A stretch of DNA of 64,000 nucleotides from Eledone cirrhosa (taxonomy: Eukaryota). The notes beneath the pieces are model-generated. The model did no database searches. It worked only from the letters and a program-made list of their open reading frames with translations, and was not told where the DNA came from. The DNA is taken from the NCBI GenBank assembly GCA_964016885.1, contig OZ024745.1, positions 74,524,001 through 74,588,000 of the forward strand, read 5' to 3'. Below, piece by piece: positions 56,107 through 64,000 of the stretch. Within the stretch, counting starts at the first letter, position 1. Every line of letters begins with the position of its first letter. The position numbers and the translations under genes are program-made.

Positions 56107-56352
56107 ATATAATATATATAATATATATATATATAATTTATATATATATATATATAATATATATATATATAATATAATATATATATATAATATAATATAT
56201 ATATATAATTGTTTCTACTTTAGGCACAAGGCCAGCAATTACCCAGTGCATTACTGGTACTTTATTTTATCGACCCCGTAAGGATGAAAAGCAAAGTTAA
56301 CCTCGGCGGTATATAATATAATATATAATATAATATAATATATATATATATA

Positions 56353-56391
<39 letters not shown>

Positions 56392-56626
56392 ATATATATA
56401 TATATATATATAATTTAATATAATATATATATAATATATATATATATAATATAATATATATATAAAAGAATTAGTATATCTACCAACATATTTATACAGA
56501 TGTATACTTACGCTAGCAAGATATAGGTTTTGTCTTAGTAACTTTGTGGTTCAATACAAACATGTCGAACAATTATATGAAAGACGTAAAATAAGAAAAT
56601 TATAGTAATTAACTTACTTAAGTTTC

Positions 56627-56703
56627 ACTCCAACTAATTAGTTTCTGAAAGGGGATATACATAGTGTTCAAAACTATGGAGAATCCTTTCTTCATCAGGG
56701 AGT
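56627..56703 (-). ncRNA. Type I hammerhead ribozyme
   Basis: Minus: ACTCC-CTGATGA-A-GAAAGG..CCTTTC-A-GAAA-CTAATTAG-TT^-GGAGT; A.A mismatch at the base of stem II; upstream hairpin at 56705-56750. Confidence 0.78.
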
Positions 56704-56751
56704 CAATTCTCGCCTAAGATTCCTGGCGATAGGAATCTTAGTCGAGAATAA

Positions 56752-58526
56752 ACTCTCGAGACTAAAACATTCGTATTTAACATCTTACGGAAACAGAAGA
56801 AGATAGCCCCAAACCTCTCCAGGACACAACAACTCGCCCTGAAGAACCTACGGAATAGGGAACTTATATACTTACCATCCGACAAAGGTAAAGAGTTTTG
56901 CGTCATCTCTCAAGCCACATACAATAACCTAGCCTTTGAACACCTAAGCGACAGTGAATTATACACAGTGATCCCGGACATGACTGCAGCCCAGATCGAA
57001 AAACAGACCAACTCCATTTGGTTCGATATCTGTAGGAGAAGACAACTCCCAAATAAAGTTAAGCTCAACTACACCACTAGAAATAGCAGACTGCCCACTT
57101 TCTACCACCTCATCAAGACCCACAAGAATAGTACTAAGACGCAAATAAGACCCATCGTCTCTAGCATAGAAGGACCCCTATACAAAATTTCCTGGCTCCT
57201 CTCCCAGGTCCTCAAGCCTCTACTCTCCACCTTTCCCGGGCATGTCAGTAGCTCCGACGAAGTTATACGTAGACTACACCAACTCCAGCCAGAACAACTT
57301 AAACTAAATAAATACGCTTTTAGCCTCGACGTTGTCTCCCTCTACACTACAGTCCCCGCTCATCCAGCTGTCGATTTATTGACGGACTGCGTGGTCGCAG
57401 AGGACATCCACTGCTACGGCCTCCACCCGACGGACATACACCAGCTTTTGTCCTTCACAGTAGACAACACGTACTTCACCTTCCACCACCACACATACAG
57501 ACAGACAACAGGATTACCCATGGGATCCAGCCTATCGGGCCTGCTGGCCATCACCTACATGAACCAGCTAGAATGCCGAGCCCTCAACACCTGCCATTCC
57601 CATGCCTTCTTCACCCGATATGTAGATGACACTCATCCTTACATCATCCCGTGAGGAGGCAGATAAAATATACACAACATTCTCCAGCATGGACGCCAGT
57701 ATAAAGTTCAGCATGGAACACCCCGATGACCGCGGATCCCTATCCCTACTGGACTTCCAACTCAGGGTAACAGAGGAAGGCAACATCCACACCTGCTTCT
57801 ATAAAAAAAGCCACCAGCAGGGACCTGTTCGTACATTTCAGATCGGCCCTCCCTCTCGGTGCCAAGTTCGGATACATAAGGAACGAACTGGCACGTATCC
57901 GGAACAAATGCACCGACGCTAGAGACCGAGACACACACACCACACATTTCCTGGAAGTACTCAAACTGAACGGATACACGACATCCACCACAAACCGTGC
58001 CAGAAAGAACAGAAGACACCACACCCGAGGCACTAACACTTGCTTCCTGAAGCTCCCACACTTCAGTGAAGAAACAACAACAGCCATCCGCAGAGCCATC
58101 AGACGAGAGGGACTGGATATCCAACTGGCCCACTCGGGTCCTTCTCTGCGCGGACGGCTGGCCAAGAGACACTCCACCAGACATGACAACTGCTGCAGAC
58201 TAGCCAACTGCCCCATCAACGACACAGACCTATGCCACCAGGCTTACGTCGTATACAGACTAGAGTGTGACAAATGCAACAACTTCTACGTAGGTAGCAC
58301 CACCAGACCACTCCACATAAGAATAAAAGAACACCTCAATACTAACGCTTCCTCATTTAAGAAACACCTAGCTAAATGCAAAAACACCGACAAAACCATA
58401 ACAGTTAGGATAGAAACTAAGGAAAGAAACCTCGGCAATCTTAGAATTAAGGAAGCACTAATTATAGATAAAACACAACCACCAATCAATAATAGACTAG
58501 AACTCAACACCCAATTTATAACCTGA
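56752..58526 (+). pseudogene. Penelope-like element RT plus GIY-YIG endonuclease, 5'-truncated, two frameshifts
   Basis: PSDKG, LIKTHK, IRPIVS, SLDVVSLYT, GLPMGS, RYVDD; VVYRLECDKCNNFYVGSTTRPLHIRIKEH; stop TGA 58524-58526; shifts near 57630 and 57810. Confidence 0.93.
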
Positions 58527-58902
58527 TAGGGCTTCTAGCCCCATATTTACACACGCCACACACACACACGCACGCGCACACACACACGCGCACACCTCCA
58601 CTTGTTCTCTCTCACACATACACACACATAACCAGTTCTAACACCAGATAACACCTATCCCCCACATTTACGAATAGACTTATCTTCCCACACTCACACA
58701 CACACACTCACATATATACAGGCATGTATATAAAATATTTTTTTTTTTAAATAAAAAAAAACCCTAAACAAACCCCTTTTAAAGGGAGACTACTCTTTAT
58801 CCACCTAATTTTAACTCTTTGACATTAGAGATAGAACAGATACTCTATACTATTTCCTGTCAGCATGGCTTGGCAAGATATTTAGAACGCTGGCTTGAGA
58901 CC

Positions 58903-58958
58903 TTTATTTCCCTCTGAAGAAGAGATATTATCTCGAAAATTAAGGACATTTAAATAAA
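58903..58958 (+). ncRNA. Minimal hammerhead ribozyme in PLE 3' pseudo-LTR
   Basis: tttattt.CCT-CTGAAGA-A-GAGATA t TATCTC-GAAAAT-TA^-AGG..aaataaa. Confidence 0.78.
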
Positions 58959-59108
58959 TCTAAGGTAAAGGACGAATTGTCAACAATGTCTTTTACAATT
59001 GCATTCTTTTTTCTATGTCTATACCTGCATTGTTTTGGCTTTATTACAGATATTCAAACGTTTATACCTCATTACACAATGCTTCAAGTGAACTATAACC
59101 TCCTCCCA

Positions 59109-60053
<945 letters not shown>

Positions 60054-60253
60054 NNNNNNNNNNNNNNNNNNNNNNNNNNNNNNNNNNNNNNNNNNNNNNN
60101 NNNNNNNNNNNNNNNNNNNNNNNNNNNNNNNNNNNNNNNNNNNNNNNNNNNNNNNNNNNNNNNNNNNNNNNNNNNNNNNNNNNNNNNNNNNNNNNNNNNN
60201 NNNNNNNNNNNNNNNNNNNNNNNNNNNNNNNNNNNNNNNNNNNNNNNNNNNNN
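60054..60253. other. Assembly gap (200 N)
   Basis: Run of N. Confidence 1.
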
Positions 60254-60371
60254 CACTGGTCACTTTACTGTGAGTGTCCAAGCTATTCTGTATGTAAACA
60301 CACAGACAAACCGGTTTTTAGAGTTTTTTGAGGAAACACCTTTCCTCTATTCTCCAGAAAGCCAGGCAAGG

Positions 60372-60416
60372 AATATTGAACTAGTTTCGATGTTGTTACA
60401 TCTCATCAGCAATATT
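60372..60416 (-). ncRNA. Type I hammerhead ribozyme (array A)
   Basis: Minus: AATATTG-CTGATGA-GATGT aaca ACATC-GAAA-CTAG-TT^-CAATATT. Confidence 0.9.
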
Positions 60417-61243
60417 TTACCTATCTTCCGGCCTCTCTAGAGAATCGTAAAAGCACATATCGTAATATGCTTTTTTCTATGAAAATTAGTAGTGGGCAGA
60501 CTAATTTGCATAGAAGCGTGAGTACGTACCGGTTCAACGGAGACGATAAAAACAAATAACGAAACGAAATTAAATTTCGTTTCGTTTGTAACTCACTTTT
60601 TGTATGACTGACGCTTAAAACAATTAAGTTAAAAATGTACATCCACATATGTATACTGAATACTAGTATGCATATGAATACACACGTATACATATGTAGA
60701 TCTGCTACGAGTTATCACTGGTCACTTTTACTGTGAGTGTCCAGCTATTCTGTATGTAAACACACAGACAAACCGGTTTTTAGAAGTGGTTTTAGGTAAT
60801 TGTGATGGTAAACAACGAAGTCAATTCCTTGTCTGGCTTTCTGGAGAATAGGGGGAAGGTGTCAGAAAACCAGTATGACTCTAAACGGTTTGTCTGATGT
60901 TGTTACATCACAGCAATATTCTAGGGCCGCTCACTGAAAGGACCAGTGAAAGACTTGGTACACCTACATATGTATACGTGTGTGCTATTAATTATAGCAG
61001 ACTAATTTCAGTATGCATATGTAGATGTACATTTTTACTAATTGTTTAACGCGTCAGTCATACAAAAGTGAGTTACAACGAAACGAAATTTAATTTCGTT
61101 TCGTTATTTGTCTTTATCGTCTCCGCTGAACCGGTGCGTACTCACACTCTATGCAAATTAGTCTGCCCACTACTAATTTTCATAGAAAAAGCATATAACG
61201 ATATGTGCTTTTACAATTCTCCAGAAAGGCCGGTAGATAGGTA

Positions 61244-61288
61244 AATATTGCTGATGAGTTGTAACAATAACGAAACTAGTTCAATATT
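61244..61288 (+). ncRNA. Type I hammerhead ribozyme (array A)
   Basis: AATATTG-CTGATGA-GTTGT aaca ATAAC-GAAA-CTAG-TT^-CAATATT; stem II covaries with the 60372 copy. Confidence 0.9.
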
Positions 61289-61525
61289 CCTTGTCTGGCT
61301 TTCTGGAGAATAGGGGGAAGGTGTTCCCCCGAAAAACCAGTATGACTCTAAAAACCGGTTTGTCTGTGTGTTTACATACAGAATAGCTGGGCCGCTCACT
61401 GTAAAGCGACCAGTGAAAGACTTGGTACACCTACATATGTATACGTGTGTGTATTCATATACACACTAGTATTTCAGTATGCATATGTAGATGTACATTT
61501 TTAACTTAATTATATATATAATATA

Positions 61526-61738
<213 letters not shown>

Positions 61739-61748
61739 TATATATATA

Positions 61749-61811
<63 letters not shown>

Positions 61812-61820
61812 ATATATATA

Positions 61821-61896
<76 letters not shown>

Positions 61897-61965
61897 GGAA
61901 CAATTTTGAATAGCGCCAGTTCGTAATTTGAACTCGGGAATTTTATATTCTCCGAGTGAAAAGAT

Positions 61966-62047
61966 CCTTCTGACGAGAGTTTATCTTTGCAACGGATGCC
62001 GTATGGACTCCGTATATTTTTGAGACTCGAAACCGATTCGGTAAAAG
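61966..62047 (+). ncRNA. Type I hammerhead ribozyme (element B, copy 1)
   Basis: CCTT-CTGACGA-GAGTTT..AGACTC-GAAA-CCGATTCGG-TA^-AAAG; cut after 62043; one stem I mismatch. Confidence 0.82.
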
Positions 62048-62448
62048 TAACCATAGTAAGTAAAGTTAATTTTTTAAAATTTATTTTGAAACTTTTTCTT
62101 ATTTGCTAAACCTTGATTATATATGTTCTGGCTCGTTAATTTATTAACCTGCCATTGAACCACATTGGCATATGGTTGGACAATACATGTGTCCCTTAGC
62201 GCCTTGTGCGTGTAGGAACATATACTCTATTATTACTTATCTCCTCTTGGTTGAGAAAAAATTTGGTCACTCTGACTGCTGCTAGTTATAGCGGGAGCCG
62301 ATTGACCTCCCTGCCTCTGCCTCTATCTTTACACACGGCACTTGAAAGAATTGATTCCACTTCATTTTCTCTCATCTCGGGAACAATTTTGAATAGCGCC
62401 AGTTCGTAATTTGAACTCGGGAATTTTATATTCTCCGAGTGAAAAGAT

Positions 62449-62530
62449 CCTTCTGACGAGAGTTTATCTTTGCAACGGATGCCGTATGGACTCCGTTTAT
62501 TTTTGAGACTCGAAACCGATTCGGTAAAGG
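62449..62530 (+). ncRNA. Type I hammerhead ribozyme (element B, copy 2)
   Basis: CCTT-CTGACGA-GAGTTT..AGACTC-GAAA-CCGATTCGG-TA^-AAGG; cut after 62526. Confidence 0.9.
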
Positions 62531-62599
62531 TAACCATAGTAAGTAAAGTTAATTTTTTAAAATTTATTTTGAAACTTTTTCTTATTTGCTAAACCTTGG

Positions 62600-62647
<48 letters not shown>

Positions 62648-62933
62648 TAATATAATATATATATATATATAATATAATATATATATATATATAATATAAT
62701 ATATATATATAATATAATATATATATATATATAATATAATATATATATGTATATATATATATATATTATATATATATATATATTATATATATATTATATA
62801 TATATAATATAATATATATATATAATATAATATATATATATATATAATATATATATATATAATATATATATATTATATATATATAATATATATATTATAT
62901 ATATATATAATATATATATTATATATATATAAT

Positions 62934-63584
62934 ATCTGAGTGAGTCTCTTGGTCAGTGTCCAAGTCTCAGACCCATACAGCAGCACAGACTCCACTACAG
63001 CAATGAAGAGGCGGATTTTCAGGTCTCTACGAAGGTCCGACTTCCACACCGATCTCAAGCTGTGACACGCCGCCCAGGCCTTGCTCTTCCTCTCAACCAC
63101 ATCATATTCCGTATTCCCAATCTTTGCTCCCAAATACAGGAAGTCCTCAACCAATTCCAGCGGCTTCCCGCCTACATTAGTGATCCCCTCTGGCTTCTCA
63201 ACATTCTCTACAGATGGTGGATGGGTGCTACACGAGAATGCTGAGGATGGGCTCTGAACATTAATCAGTATACATTGAGGATGAAAAACTCAGAGCTGTA
63301 TGGGAGCATCCCAAAAGTCAGCTCAAAAGTGACACAGAGAAGATTGAGGTTGGCTGGACATGCTCACCGACATCCAGAGTTGACATTGCACTCAGTGCTC
63401 CTTTGGGAGCCCCTACATGGACACACTAGAAGAGGAAGACCAAGGTTAACATATGTTAATGCCCTAAGGACAGACACTGGTCTGTTGGAGATGCAGGATA
63501 TGGCAGCGATAATGAGGGACAGAGACCGCTGGAGAGAACTCGTCCATGGATCTCGGGAATTTTACCCGCCTTAGATAGATAGAT
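62934..63584 (+). mobile_element. RTE-clade LINE with 5' inversion (copy 2)
   Basis: 62934-63210 antisense, 63211-63572 sense, (TAGA)n tail; same family as 54102-54968 with a different breakpoint. Confidence 0.9.
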
Positions 63585-63658
63585 ATATAATATAATATAT
63601 ATATTATATATATATAATATAATATATATATTATATATATATATGTATATATATATAT

Positions 63659-63692
<34 letters not shown>

Positions 63693-63712
63693 ATATATAT
63701 TATATATATATA

Positions 63713-63792
<80 letters not shown>

Positions 63793-63795
63793 ATA

Positions 63796-63844
<49 letters not shown>

Positions 63845-63925
63845 AATATAATATATATATATATATAATATGTAATAATGAAATGACAGGAGGCTGGATT
63901 TGTGTAAATCCTTGAAAGGTTTATT

Positions 63926-63983
63926 ATACTATGATCATTTCAATGACCGGGTTCCGTATGAATCCGGTCATATCATCAGGTAT
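63926..63983 (-). ncRNA. Type I hammerhead ribozyme
   Basis: Minus: ATAC-CTGATGA-TATGACCGGATTC atacg GAACCCGGTCATT-GAAA-TGATCA-TA^-GTAT; palindromic stem III. Confidence 0.83.
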
Positions 63984-64000
63984 TCGAAAAAATATAATAC

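Larger units (their letters stand above)
60254..61510. mobile_element. Retrozyme-like array A: ~462 nt HHR-bearing unit in both orientations
   Basis: cactggtcacttt at 60254 and 60716 (period 462, minus sense); plus-sense units 60790-61280 and 61281-61510. Confidence 0.78.
61894..62607 (+). mobile_element. Retrozyme-like element B: ~1.5 copies of a 483 nt unit, two HHRs, inserted in (TA)n
   Basis: 61894-62124 repeats at 62377-62607 with few substitutions; no TE protein motif. Confidence 0.82.

Noticed and set aside
62286-62537. 83 aa antisense ORF across the 483-nt unit
   Set aside because: No recognisable motif and length compatible with chance; I found no opposite-polarity ribozyme, so a viroid- or Obelisk-like coding replicon is unsupported. 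dN/dS across copies could revive it.

Overview
AT-rich, repeat-saturated eukaryotic non-genic DNA. It is inferred to be cephalopod/Octopus-like from the dominant tRNA-derived SINE family and the long (TA)n/(CA)n/(GA)n arrays. No host gene, rRNA, tRNA or CRISPR is supported, and most ORFs in the track are microsatellite read-throughs or antisense shadows. Recognisable content: a full-length but mutated Ty3/Gypsy LTR element (32691-36941), a solo LTR, 5'-truncated LINEs (RTE, Tx1/L1, CRE-like), Penelope-like elements (PLEs), non-autonomous Helitrons, a deleted mariner, MITEs and many SINE copies. The most striking signal is invisible to the ORF track: 12 type I hammerhead ribozyme (HHR) motifs with intact CUGANGA/GAAA/UH cores, plus several decayed ones. 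Ten of the 12 lie in the (TA)n-rich zone from 50 to 64 kb. They include two unrelated non-coding tandem units (~462 nt and 483 nt), each carrying one HHR per unit. These look like retrozyme-type elements that would yield circular RNA and be mobilised by neighbouring PLEs. All structures were folded by eye; nothing was computed or database-searched.
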